Assembly (NCBI RefSeq): GCF_031769215.1
Contig: NW_026781961.1
Location: 1,798,001-1,862,000, forward strand
Length of the DNA stretch: 64,000 nucleotides
Direction: 5' to 3'
DNA from: Ylistrum balloti
Taxonomy: Eukaryota
Every line of letters starts with the position of its first letter. Position 1 is the first letter of the stretch. A model generated the notes under the pieces. It was not told where the DNA came from. It was given only the letters and a program-made list of their open reading frames with translations, and made no database searches. Shown one piece after another: positions 14,810 through 27,260 of this stretch. The translations under genes and the position numbers were made by a program.

Positions 14810-15160
14810 AAACCCAGACCTGGGATCTTGGCACCTAATGTTTGATCTTTATTTGTTCTTTAAAAAATGTATCTTTTCCCTTCTTTTTACTTCTTTTCTC
14901 TATTTTCGCTCTTAGTAATACAAAATTTGAACACTCCTTTGCAGAAATAGCAATGATAATATTTAACTGCCAAATTAAAGATGGTCACCTTTCAATAATT
15001 TTTTTCTCTGATCAGTCCCAAAATCAAACCTTCACAACTAGGGACCAAGAGGAACATGCATATGAAATCTGAGTGAGATCCATCCACTATTTCTCACGAA
15101 ATAGCAATATCAAAAATTGTTTAAGGATGGCCAAACAGACTGATGATGGTGAGCTAAAAA
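14810..15160 (+). mobile_element. Internally deleted copy of the 54400-55115 element
   Basis: Shared tgtttgatcttta...ttgaacactcctttgcagaaatagc and gatgatggtg(a/g)gct end. Confidence 0.7.
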
Positions 15161-15759
15161 GTACCAGCTGAGGTCTTAGTGCATGGTATTCATGTTATCA
15201 ACATCAGTGATATTTCAGTAATAGAGATAATTATACTTGGACTATCTTAAAGTAAACAAAATTTCTTATAACATTTTCTTTCTTGGGTAACTTTCAAATC
15301 ACAACAAGTTTGTGATCATAAACACATTTTCTACCACAACAGGAAGAATCTAATTCATTATTACAACTGTTGCTTAGACAAAACATTTAAACAATGTTTG
15401 GATTAAAATATAAACATGTTTTGATTGGCTAACACACCAAGCTTTGACCCGAGGACTAGCTGTTTTAAATAACGCAGTCCAAAGTCATATGTAGATTATT
15501 CATACATCATCAAGGACAATGCTTATGAACAGACAATGAACACTGTTACTATTTATATACAATTCTGTTTGTAGGTCTGATATGTGGTGACACATTTAAC
15601 ACAAATATCAACAACGCTGACAAACAATGAAAACGTCTATATATGAGTGAACTTTGAATGAATGGATGGCAGTAGTTAAGCGAGTCTTTTAGTAAATTTG
15701 GAAAAATTAAATAAAGAAATATTTTAAACAGCAGCCATCTGCTGTGCAACCTAAATCTA

Positions 15760-16150
15760 TTATACTATATCATATCTTATACTATATAAACTTTGTTAAC
15801 CATCATCATCACCTGTATATATTATACTATATAAACTTTGTTAACCATCATCATCGCCTCTATATATTGTACTATATAAACTTTGTTTACCATCATCACC
15901 TCTATATATTATACTATATAAACTTTGTTAACCATCATCATCACCTTTATATATTATACTATATAAACTTTGTTGACCATCATCATCACCTTTATATATT
16001 ATACTATATAAACTTTGTTGACCATCATCATCACCTCTATATATTATACTATATAAACTTTGTTAACCATCATCATCACCTCTATATATTATACTATATA
16101 AACGTTGTAAACCATCATCGTCGCCTCTATATATTATACTATATAAACTT
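15760..16150. repeat. Minisatellite, 42-45-bp unit, about 9 copies
   Basis: tatactatataaactttgttaaccatcatcatcacctcta repeated. Confidence 0.93.
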
Positions 16151-16604
16151 TGTTCATCATCCTCACAACAGCTACTTTTTGCAAATTTGCAAAAGAAAAT
16201 GGCATGTTTACACTATACAACTTTTGCTATACCTTGTATGCAGTCAATTAAAAGTTGAAATTTTGGACAGAACAAAATACACTATTAACAAAAAAATTGT
16301 GGTTTTTAAACGTAACTTTCCATTGGAATAGAAGTTCTTTATAACATAACCAGAAGAAAATTTTATTGTGACATTCTGAAGGCAACACGGTCACGTTTAT
16401 CAGACAAATGACCAGTGTTGAGCGTACCACAACACATTGTTACCATCTGTGTATGTTGTAGTCTGTAATCTGTTTACCATCTCATCACACTATTTTGGAC
16501 CTTAGAATACAAAGGATTATGTTACAGCTAAAAAAGTTGGTTAATGCCTTACCACCTTGTAAATAACGTACGTAAGTGCTAGTAAGCTCTGCATTTGTCA
16601 TTGC

Positions 16605-16638
16605 CTGATGAAGGTGACTGTGTAGTCACCGAAACGTC
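16605..16638 (+). ncRNA. Minimal type I hammerhead ribozyme core of Penelope-like element type (stem I degenerate)
   Basis: CTGATGA-A-GGTGACT-GTGT-AGTCACC-GAAA-CGTC: intact CUGAUGA and GAAA boxes, perfect 7-bp stem II, palindromic ACGU in place of stem III, GUC cleavage triplet. Confidence 0.7.
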
Positions 16639-16689
16639 ACACTCTAATCTTCTACTGGTTGTGTTACAAGAACTTCTATTCTATTTACA

Positions 16690-17202
16690 TTAACAAAATG
16701 AAGGAAATGTTCCAGAACTTACCAATGCTAGAAGGTGTGTTAGGGCGGTGTAGGTGAGATTCTGCCCTTCAGATGTTGAATGTTTATTGTTCATACCATA
16801 TGCAACCGCTGCCGCATTGCATTTTTTACATAAGGGCTTGTGTTCCACAATATGCTGGTGATTTTTCTGAGCATAGACTGTTGTCCTGTTGACCTCACTT
16901 TCACACAAACCACACATCTTATATCCTCTCCACTTTGGAAAGCGCCCAAATGTGAAGCCCTCCTTAATATGATCTCCAGTTGTCTTATGCAGGTTACAGC
17001 GATATTGCTTGTCAATGTTCATCTCTTTCGAGATACTGACGTTCAATTCAGGAAAATTTACACCTCTTGTGGATACTCGTTTTTTAAACTGTTGCTTCCT
17101 TACTTTTGGGACCATTGTTTTTACCATAGGGGACTCATGTTGAGCCTCAATCCCTCGCTCATCTGAGGGATGGTAACTTTGCTTACCAAGACAACCTCCC
17201 AT
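16690..17202 (-). CDS. Uncharacterised 170-aa protein, probable N-myristoylated/palmitoylated with C-x2-C-x24-C-x2-C motif
   Basis: Open frame from a strong-Kozak ACCATGG (MGGCLGKQSY...PSFC*). Acceptor ttttctAG at 17268. AATAAA (minus) at 16362-16367. Confidence 0.72.
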   Translation of the reverse strand: MGGCLGKQSYHPSDERGIEAQHESPMVKTMVPKVRKQQFKKRVSTRGVNFPELNVSISKEMNIDKQYRCNLHKTTGDHIKEGFTFGRFPKWRGYKMCGLCESEVNRTTVYAQKNHQHIVEHKPLCKKCNAAAVAYGMNNKHSTSEGQNLTYTALTHLLALVSSGTFPSFC

Positions 17203-18046
17203 GGTCACCACATTCACAGCAGTCAAACAACAGCTTATATTCAAGTCCAAGGATCACCAATAACTCACTAGAAAATATCCATATTATTCTGAACTCAAAT
17301 TCAAATTTTCAAAAATTTAAAGAAACAAAACATCATAATCTCACCTAGCTACAGTGCTGAGTGTTGTGTCCATCCACAGACGGTTTTACACAGATATTGC
17401 TGGTGGATTAATACAAACTTTGAGATATCAGAAATCTATGTGTACCACATGCACTGATTAAGACATATCCCACATATCACTGTACAACCCAGACCATTAA
17501 AATGTTGCCAAAAATAAAAATTGTCACAAATAGATAGTGTTGATACAGAAACCCATTTATAAACCAATATCCTGGTCAGGCTCTGTTTGTCAGTGAATAA
17601 TACCTGTTATTCTTCCTCACTAAGTCAAAATTCAGGACAGTTTAGAAATTGGATTCAAACTGAGCAATCATACGCCATTGTGTTGTAGATCATCTGTGAA
17701 CGTAATACCTTGGTAAAAACAGATGATTATTGTGTCCGTAGCAAATTAACACAGCTACCCCAGATTAAGTAAAATCCCAGACATCAGTATCCATCAGCCT
17801 TCCTATCTGTTGATTCCGGGGATGACTCTGTCGCTTAATTAGGCGGGTAGCATGTACACATCTACCTGTACCTGATAAATACCTGGTTCATTACAGGTAA
17901 GTCCTACAGGTAAGGTAGCTCACTTGGTGACCCAAAAAGCCAAAGAAAACGACGGAAATTGAAAACCAGCTAGGAAACTCAGAAGTGAGAGCAGGATTAA
18001 TAAATATTTGTACAGACATCAAACGCGACTGGTGAGTTTACAGCTT

Positions 18047-18060
18047 GTTACCATGGAAAC
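18047..18060. promoter_or_regulatory. RFX X-box
   Basis: GTTACCATGGAAAC matches the GTYNCC-AT-RGNAAC consensus and lies just upstream of a candidate minus-strand first exon ending at a GTGAGC donor (17923). Confidence 0.6.
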
Positions 18061-18314
18061 AGATTAATGACAGTGGAGATACTCATTATTGGTGTACATG
18101 ATAGATACCGTTGAATAACACTTATAAATAGCACAGCAATGAAGTATTCTCAATAATTCCATATGTATCAACGTGTAGGAATCATATGGTGTTATTTTTT
18201 TGCCTTGATCAATGATAAGTATAATACATCATTAACATCAAGGACTCAAACTGAATAGGAGGTACCTCTCAACTCAAGGTAAGCTAAACACATGTAATTA
18301 GGAAGGATGTTTGG

Positions 18315-18850
18315 AAACAGGAAAGGGCATTGGTCAAAGTAAGGGAAGGGCAAGAAAGGGTGGGGCTGTAATAGGAAGCAGGGCAGTAAAGGGCAAGGCA
18401 GTGTGGGGCAAAGCAGAGAGGGCATTGGTCAAGGTAAGGGCAGGGCAGGAAAGGGAAGGGCATTGGTCATGGTAAGGGCAAGGCAATGTGGGGCAAAGCA
18501 GAGAGGGCATTGGTCAAGGTAAGGACAGGAAAGGGAAGGGCATTGATCATGGTAAGGGCAAGGTAGTGTGGAGAAAAGCAGAGAGGGCATTGGTCAAGGT
18601 AAGGGCAAGGCAGTGTGGGGCAAAGCAGAGAGGGCATTGGTCAAGGTAAGGGCAGAGTGGGACAGGAAAGGGCATCGGTCATGGTAAGGGCAAGGCTGGG
18701 AAGAAAAGAGCAAGGCATGGAAGGTCATGGGAGGTAAGGAAATGGCAGGCTGGGGCTGTAATGGGAGAAGGGAAGGGCACGGCAGTGTGGGGCAAGACAG
18801 GAAAGGGCATTGGTCAAGGTAACGGCAGGGCAAGCCAAGGTGGGGCTGAC
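18315..18850. repeat. Purine-rich minisatellite, about 48-bp unit
   Basis: gggcattggtcaaggtaagggcaaggcagtgtggggcaaagcagaga repeated with variants. Confidence 0.9.
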
Positions 18851-19684
18851 ATAAGGAATCAATAAATAAGATACTAAATGTGATGTTTGCTTATTGAAAG
18901 TGTATATATGAAGAAAAAATCAAGCAAAGCTAGCTTACATTTTTCTGTCAAGCTACTTAAAGTTACCTGGTATATCATTCATGTATCACTGATTTGAAGG
19001 TAAAGTATATACATGTATATAATTTTTGCATATTATCAGGAATGAATCTAAAGGACAGGCATGAAAGTGTAGCTTCTTAATAATCATTTTAATTAGTTAT
19101 TAACATCTAGTTAAAACAACATAATTTAATTATAAGTTAAAACATATGATGCTTGCCTGCATGGAAAGCTTTGTCGTTTACCATGAACATAAATGCCAAA
19201 GCATTAGATACTTCATTGCTCAATCTACTTTCGGAAAAACTCAGAAATGTTTCACGTATGTGTAAAAGTAACATATAATGTACACATGTACATATGCTTG
19301 AAATGTTGTGATTGGAGTCAATTCAATTTTCACAATAATCAATAAATGAATACACATGTATATATTGATTCAATGGTCCATTAATGAAGTAGTTTTAGAG
19401 TTTAAATGTGAAATAATTTGAGTTGTATTACCCCTATTTGGTTTTGCCATGAATAATCTCAGACGATAAAAACATAGGGACAATGTAGATTTCTATATAA
19501 GTTATCATTCCGTTCAATATCTACTCTGAAAAAAGTGTCAAAGTCTTTCCTTGCAATCATATTTTTTCAACCCATGATCAGACGATTTGTGGTGACATAT
19601 TTTTCATTTCATGATAAAATTTAAATAAGAAGAAGTGAGACTGTAATGATATATTGTATGATAATTGTTTCCTTATTAAAGCTC

Positions 19685-19890
19685 AGCAAAATGCATCAAG
19701 AAAATACCCACATGGCAACATAATCATAATGCAAACACATATTCCATAAAACCAGGGCAACATATGAACAAAAGAAACATTTATGCAGTGATTCCTGAAA
19801 AAGCACAAGGAAAATAAGACCAGGTGTTCTGAAAGAGTAAGTGTCTTCTGCTTCATCGCCGACACCCGACACGTAAACCTTGTTCAATCC
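19685..19890 (+). mobile_element. Dispersed repeat with an inverted relative at about 62570-62630
   Basis: accaggtgttctgaaagagtaagtgtcttctgcttcatcg is similar to the reverse complement of 62573-62625. Confidence 0.5.
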
Positions 19891-20254
19891 AAGTAAGTAA
19901 TGTCACGTTCTCAAATGACAACAAGGTATATAACAACCGAACCAACAGGCAAACAAATTATGAGCATCAAATTTGTCCAGCTTCATGTCTTACAAAGAAA
20001 TAGAATATTTCTCAATGAGATCACTATAATGACCATTACCGGGGTACTAACAAATCCTTGGGATGCAGAATTCTGAATGATTGTCTTGTGGTCAATTTTT
20101 CGTTGGTTCAAATTCATGACAAATTGAAGCAAGAAAAAACATAAAATGAGGGTAGGTAATCTAAAAAATGAAAAATGGTATAATATAGCTACCTAGGTAA
20201 GAGACAGCTTTATTAGATTTATTATAGCAGGCTTTATTGCTGTTTATTTAACCC

Positions 20255-20575
20255 CTCCTATTATGAAATTATTCAACCTCTTCTTTTATGAAATTATTTT
20301 TACCAGTCCTTTTATGAAATTATTTTTAACCAACGTTTTATGAAATTGTTTTATCCGTCCTATTTTGAAATGATTTTTAACCCTTTTTTATGAAATTATT
20401 TCATCCCTCCTTTTATGGAAGTTATTTAACCCCTCCTTTTATGAAATTCTTTTCCCTTCCTTTATAAAATTATTTCACCCCCTCCCCCCATTTTATGACA
20501 TTATCTTACCCCTCCTTTTATGAAATTATTTTGACCCTCCTTATATGAAATTATTTTACCTCTCCTTTTTATGAA
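20255..20575. repeat. Degenerate minisatellite, about 27-bp unit ccctccttttatgaaattattt
   Basis: Direct inspection. Confidence 0.85.
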
Positions 20576-21744
20576 ACTCAGCTTATTTCGACCAAGACTC
20601 TGAACATTATGATATTGTACATCAATCGTATTTAGGCCAAATTGTGAAAGAGCAGTGAAAAGCATACTTGTACCAAACATCTCTTTTAATCATTAAGCCT
20701 AAATATTTGATATGAATTTCTATTGATTTATCAACAGGTATGAGCAAGTGAAGAAACCAGTTTCCTGAGTAAGACAATATCTCATACACGAAATCCTTTT
20801 TTCTTTTGGTATTAAAGAAATCATGCTATTACCAACATAAAGTTTTCTCATCATTTATAAAAACACTTTCAGACAAGAAAGATGAAAAAAATTGTTCTAA
20901 GATCCCTGAAATTTCTTTCTGTATGCAGTTAAACATCTTATAGACAGCAGCAAAACATCCCCTGACAGAAAAATACACACTACCAAATCCAAACAGTATC
21001 CAAGTTTAAACTCTCACCCAATACACCTTAGTAAACTTCTTGTTGCTTACAAATAGACAAATTTACAAATACCGTATGAAGTTTATCTAAATTGAACCCA
21101 AGGATACCTTTTATGAATTTAATGTTTTTTCTAGCATTTATACAAATTGTAATCTAGATCAACACTATATATGTCAAAGCAAGGTATCAGCTGAAAGGTC
21201 CTGGCCTCAACATCAATCACAGAAATTATAGCCATGATAACAGACAAAACTAGTAAGAATACTTTTAGCCGTGAAATTAAAAATTTGAAGTATGTAATTC
21301 AAAATGTTGTTTACTTAAAGCTGAAATATATTTTATCTGATGACCCTAATAGATCTGTGCTAAAAATAGCACTATACAATCATTTGCTTGTAAGTGGTGA
21401 GAAGTTTCAGTGAAGGGTGTTTAATCTTTAGGGTATTTTTTGTATAGTGTTGGTAGTTGACACCTTAAATGATATAAATTCTATAAATCATATACAGGTA
21501 CTTATCTATGTAAGTAAACCTTATCTAGTCAATACTGCAGAGCCTGTGTGAACTGTGTCATCATTCTTTCAGATTTATTGTAACCCATTGATATACATGT
21601 CTGGATTAATATCATGATAAAAATCAATGATCACATGATCACCTAATAAACATGGAGGTCTATAAATAGCTTTTGTATGTACTTTTATCATAATCAATAT
21701 CTGAACTATGATGAAGAGTCTGTGAGATTTACCAACATCAATAA

Positions 21745-22620
21745 TAAGAGGCCCAATGGGCCTGCATTGTACACAAGGTATTAAATATATTTCACAAATA
21801 CACAAGTCATTTACATTTAACTTATGTCTACCAGTGTATCATTGAAACAAGCATGCTTACACTTCAAGGTGAAGCCTAAACACAAGCTAGATGGATCTTG
21901 TATAACTTCAGTCATTACAAATTATGAGCAGGTACTCTGAAGCCATTTGAGCAATTCTATAATTTGACTACTGTGACATTGAATAGGGGTCAAGGTCACT
22001 TCTTTTCATACATTCTGACTTATTCATCTTGGAAACATACTAAGCATATATCATGGTTCTGAAGAAGTTGTTTTAATTCTTTTGACTTTCAATGTTGCTC
22101 AGTCATTTCTTTTCGGGCATGTCATCAGGCTTCATCTCAGCAAACCTAACAGTCATATATCAAGATTTTGGGCCTTTTGATCAATCAGAATAAATTGCTT
22201 TAAAGTTTTGACATTTTTGACCCTTGTTACCTTGAATATGTAACAACGTCATTCTTTTTTGCTGTTTATCTGGCCTCATCTAAAACAGTTTCTATCCAAA
22301 TATCATGATTCCATGGTTTTAACATATTAGACCCCTTTGACCTTGAATATTGGTCAAGGTGATTTCTTTTTCAAATATTTTGTTGGGCTTCATTTCCAAA
22401 ATTGAATGCAGCCAAGAATCATGATTCTGGGCTTTCGATAATTGAGAAGTCGTGTGAGCGTTTTAGCAAATTTTATCCCTGTGAACATAGGTTTAAGTAA
22501 TTTCTTTTCACAAACTTTGTAAGATTATTATTGAAAATAAGACATTTAAAGTGAAAAGCTGATGCCTTACAGATGCCTGACATATGGCCAACACATCACA
22601 AATCTTACATGTATATTAAA
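21745..22620 (+). mobile_element. Interspersed repeat of the aacaagaggccc / tgaccttga type (several related fragments in the window)
   Basis: Starts aagaggcccaatgggc, as do 33985 and 35406; internal ccct(t)tgaccttga subrepeats; boundaries approximate. Confidence 0.5.
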
Positions 22621-22672
22621 ATTCACTCTTTCATCATTTAAATCAAACAGGTGAGAGAGAGATCTGGCTTAC

Positions 22673-22792
22673 CTGTACAGAAGAGATTATTCCATTTGGG
22701 ACCTTCCCTGATGGAGGGAATCCTTCTGCTTTTCCGTTGAACATTCTCAGTGTAGCTTGTATTTAACATCCATCGGCTTCATACTCATTTTC
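22673..22792 (-). CDS. Exon with probable start codon of an unidentified gene A (CDS 22744->22673, MFNGKAEGFPPSGKVPNGIISSVQ)
   Basis: Poly-T tract plus tttcAG acceptor; CAG|GTAAGC donor, phase 0; candidate upstream UTR exons at 23435-23516 and 27143-about 27210. Confidence 0.55.
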
Positions 22793-25179
22793 CTGAAATT
22801 TAAAAAAAAAAAAAAAAAAACATAAAAAAAATTCAGTTTGTTAAGCACTCCATATAATGAGTGCAAGAACAAAATGCATCATCTTTTATAACTAATCAGC
22901 TTTACTACTTATAACTCTCCCACATCAAATCACAGGAAGATTGATGAATTAAAGAGAAAATTATCCTTTCTATCATCTCTTACCATGCTACGTGTTTGAT
23001 AGCCAGAAAACCTAAGATAAAAATCAGTAGCAAATTCCAGTAACATTAACAGGTTACAAAGTACAAACCATTAAAATCCCATCACAAACACATATCACAT
23101 AAACACTCATAACATCATACAAAAAGTTCTAACATATATTTAGTGTATGGAAGTTTTTAGGTGCAAACAAGCTTTTTACTTATTACCCTTGTCTGTCCAA
23201 TGCCGCTGCAGCTGCAGAATCATAAATATTTAATTACCAAATAAGGAAAATCAAGCAATTAATCAATTACCTGTACTAATCATTTGTTGGATATAGATTA
23301 TTGTTGGTTAGATTGCTGGCCAAGGGTTTATCATCCTGTGAACAGCCAGGGCTATTTTAAGATGGCCAGCCGAGACTTCTTAGACCTGGTGAGTACACTT
23401 CACTTAGTAACATATAAGAGGTTCATCACATTACCATCCAGAACAATACGAGGAAATTTGGTGCTTTGCCCAAGAACACAATCTCAACAACACAGACTGA
23501 GCTGTCCCTTATCTTCCTAAGAAACACACAGAGGAGGAAGCATCATACCACGCAACTCTGATATTCTCATCAGATTGTGCATGACAATGTTCTACTAATT
23601 GAGCTGTTTCTGCTCTCAATATAGCACATGAAATATATGTATAATAGTTAGAGATTAAAAACAATTAGTGCAGCAGAAGATTTGCCAACAGATTTTTTAA
23701 CAGTGGGAATAATTTAAGTCCGTCTATCATCTCATTTCATTATAACAAGTTATCACAGCTGTTTTATTACCAAACTTCTAATTATACAATTTATTATAGT
23801 AAGTAAAATCTATATTTATCAAATAATAATGCAGGGTTGGAAGAGGGGAGGAATTTATTGCAGAATAATTAAATTGAATTGGTTTGTATGCTTTTCTACC
23901 AAAAATTGATATTTTGCCAGAAATTGGATTGTTGTTCTTAATTTTCTGTATGTTTGTATCTGTGCTTTACATGAATTTATTCAATTTTCCAGTACAGTTT
24001 AATTTAAAGTTGATTTAGATTTTCCACTTTTTTGAAATTACAGAAATTCCAGACAAGTAAACAGAAGTTTAAAATAAGTTTAAATATACACTCATATATC
24101 AACAGTAAATAAAAGCTGAAGTCATCATGGTTCAATAAACACCAGTTCAGGTAAATTTATTTACAATTAAATATTGTAAATCTAACCTACAGTAATGGTA
24201 TTTAATTTCACATACCTGTAACCTCTTGTGTATAATGTGGATACACCTCTGCCTGACAAACATTTCTAGGTAGATGATCTTAACCTTAGCATCACTGTAA
24301 TGACCTGGTACCAGGACTGACTGATAGACCCAGTGTATGGTAGAGAATCAGTACAGTATACAATGATGATAATTATACAACTGTCTCTGAAGAATTCACA
24401 AAAGACAAACACTGATATTTCATTTTTAGGGGCAGGGGAGGGGTGGGGCTGTTTTTATCTATCCTGCATTAAGCACTTATTTGGTAATAAGTCTACCAAA
24501 ATATATTTAACAGTTATGTAGAAAAGCAAAATAAACATCATCTTAGCAAAATATTGTTCTAATATGACCTAGATTTATTCTCCAAGTATTATTCTCCTTC
24601 ATCTTGGTTTTTAAGTTCCAGTACCAGTCTTATACCTGGACATGTAAACAGCTGTATATTTTTGTTCATGTTTATCTATTTTGAACTTGACAAGTCACAA
24701 TCAGTTTTAATAATATTAGAATTATTTATCAAGTTAAATAGAAGAAAACACTGTTACACAGTCACAAATTTATTATCATTTTACTAACTGAACATGACAT
24801 GGAAAAGAAGATTAAACATTCCTGACCTTCCTTTTTTGTAATATAATGTAGCTACTTAGCTATCTCTTCTCTGTACCATGAAATGATTAATACTAAGTAA
24901 ATATTTCTTATCTGTTAATAACCAGTTTCATATTACATTTTATAAATTGTATATTACATTTTTTTTCTAATAAAGTGATATTGGTAGATGGAAAAATCTT
25001 ATTTTTACTGAGAAAATTTTTTGACCAAATGACAGATAGCCAAAATCATTAATCAATGAAGTTTGCTTATAAACTGTTCCTTGTCACCTTCATGTGTTTG
25101 AACATGTTCTGATGTAGAAGTTGAGAGTACAGGTTGCCTTACTAGTCTTGGCTTGTGGGAATTTCACTTTAGTCAAAAG

Positions 25180-25345
25180 TTCAGAGTGTCCTGCTGGAGA
25201 CAGAGGGGTTGCTAGTTACAACCCCACTGATGGCAGTGGGTTTTACATTACTTCTTCTCATTACAGATTTTGCACTGTGACCAGGATTTGAACCGGAGCC
25301 TCCAGCGTGATAACTGAGTGGCTCCACCAACTGAACCAATAAAGC
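25180..25345 (-). mobile_element. tRNA-derived SINE
   Basis: Minus strand TTGGTTCAGTTGG (A-box) and GGTTCAAATCC (B-box), followed by a non-tRNA body. Confidence 0.6.
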
Positions 25346-27142
25346 ATGCTCTGTCAGCTGAGTGATAATACTGACACGATATACAAGCTGCACTGAAACT
25401 TTTTTAACCATTATATGTTATTTTAGCAAAGTAATTTCATAAAGTAATTTAGTTTGAAATACAAATGTATAGCTAGAAATGTGCATGTACACTGTTCCTA
25501 GGTTGTGATAAGGTAGGCGATCAGATGTTGGTTTACACGTGGTCAGCATTCAGATAGGGCCATGTGAATTGTGTGTAGTCGGTGTGGCAGTGCTCATCTG
25601 TCTGCTGGTGCCTTATGTAACTTATGTGACACTTGTCTGTACCATCATATCTAATATCTAGCTAAATATGGTCTACCCATCTGACCTCTTTCTGTTATTA
25701 AGTATGAGAGAAAGCTCTATAATTGTCACTCCTCATCCAAACCCTGTATGTATACACTTATTAAACTACACTGATACAAGGAAACTAGATAGAACTTTAT
25801 TACTACAAACACAAACCACCACAGAAGTGTTTCCAATTATATTTTACACAAGTCTTTTATTTGATATTTCATCAATTGCTTGGAATTGTATTCATTCATA
25901 CTTTTTTTCAACTTTGACCTCTGATAAGTGTTGCACAGTTTACTTGAATCTAAATTATTAAAGGAACATCAAGGTACAAACATTGCTTTTTTGTTTTGAT
26001 TGTATGTGTCTTACAGTTATGTTTAAAGTGCCAGGGTAGTAGGCTGGGTAGTGAAAGTAGGAGGCTGGCCTGCCGTGTACGTGTAGTCGTGTACGGAACA
26101 TTATTACGGAACTGGATTGGTGTAGGCAGCCAAATGATCAAAGTCAAATTGGCCGGCGACCGGCTCTTATGGAAAACCCTGAGTACTATCCCGATATTCA
26201 AAGTCCACCTATTTGGGTTGGGGAAATCTCTCTCAAATGTAGCACTGATAATGTTACATAACAGTTTTGAAAACAAGGCAGTTAATTTTTTAAACACCAT
26301 TACATGATGTTTTCAGATATGACAGTGACAATAGTAACACAGTAAGTAAAATCCTGTTTTTCAGCACCACATTTTTTATGGGTGTAGCATGTATTAATTG
26401 ATAACTCCAACTCAATGCAAATTACAAAATCAGTGATATCAATCACCAATATTGTTTCGAACGATTCAGGCAGAAAATTAAATCCATTTTTGTTTACTGG
26501 CACAATGCTTTGTACGCATGAATTATCATAAATGACGCCAAAATTGACCTATCCAGACTGTTGATCAAGATATAAGGATTTCCCTTTTATAATTACTACT
26601 TAACGTCTTTATGTGCATATTTCAGATAAAACCAGTTGTTATTCTTCATAAGATGATACACTAGATATTTAAATGCAATAATAAAAAAAAACGTGAAAGA
26701 AGTCGTTTTACTGTAAGGAGGCTTTAAGTATGATTATGGTTATCTACATGTATTTCTCCTTCTGGGATTCTTCCTTGGGACTAGTCTATATCGGAAGTTT
26801 GACAATGTTCCTCGTCGAAAGAGGAATATTGTGAAACGTCCGATAAAGATGAGTCCCAAGGAGGAGTCCGAGAAGGGATTAAGCTATTTCTTTCATAGAA
26901 AATCATAATTTCATTTCCATACCACAACAAATGTAATTAAACGACATATGCCCGGAGTAACATGATGTATAGATAACCCCTTAATTTCCGTTAATCTCGC
27001 GTAAAGGTGTTTAAGCCGTGGTCGGACCGTAAAAAGATCACGATCATTATGTTCAATTGCTTCGACACGAACAAAAGTGATTAGATTACAATCAAAAACT
27101 GAAAAAAAGTAAAATGTAATGACAAAAATTCATATTACAAAC

Positions 27143-27260
27143 CTCGCAAATCTGCAGATACCGCTGTGAGTGTGCCGCACGAGGCGTTTCCACCACTTAT
27201 CTTCGACCGGAAAAACAACAAGGGCTTCTAATTGCTAAGCCAGAGCCGGGACCGGAGCAA
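27143..27260 (-). promoter_or_regulatory. Putative promoter and non-coding first exon of gene A
   Basis: Local CpG/GC rise, CCGGAA motif and AG|GTTTGT donor at 27142. Confidence 0.4.

Noticed and set aside
15744-16331. His-rich 195-aa ORF
   Set aside because: It arises from the 45-bp minisatellite
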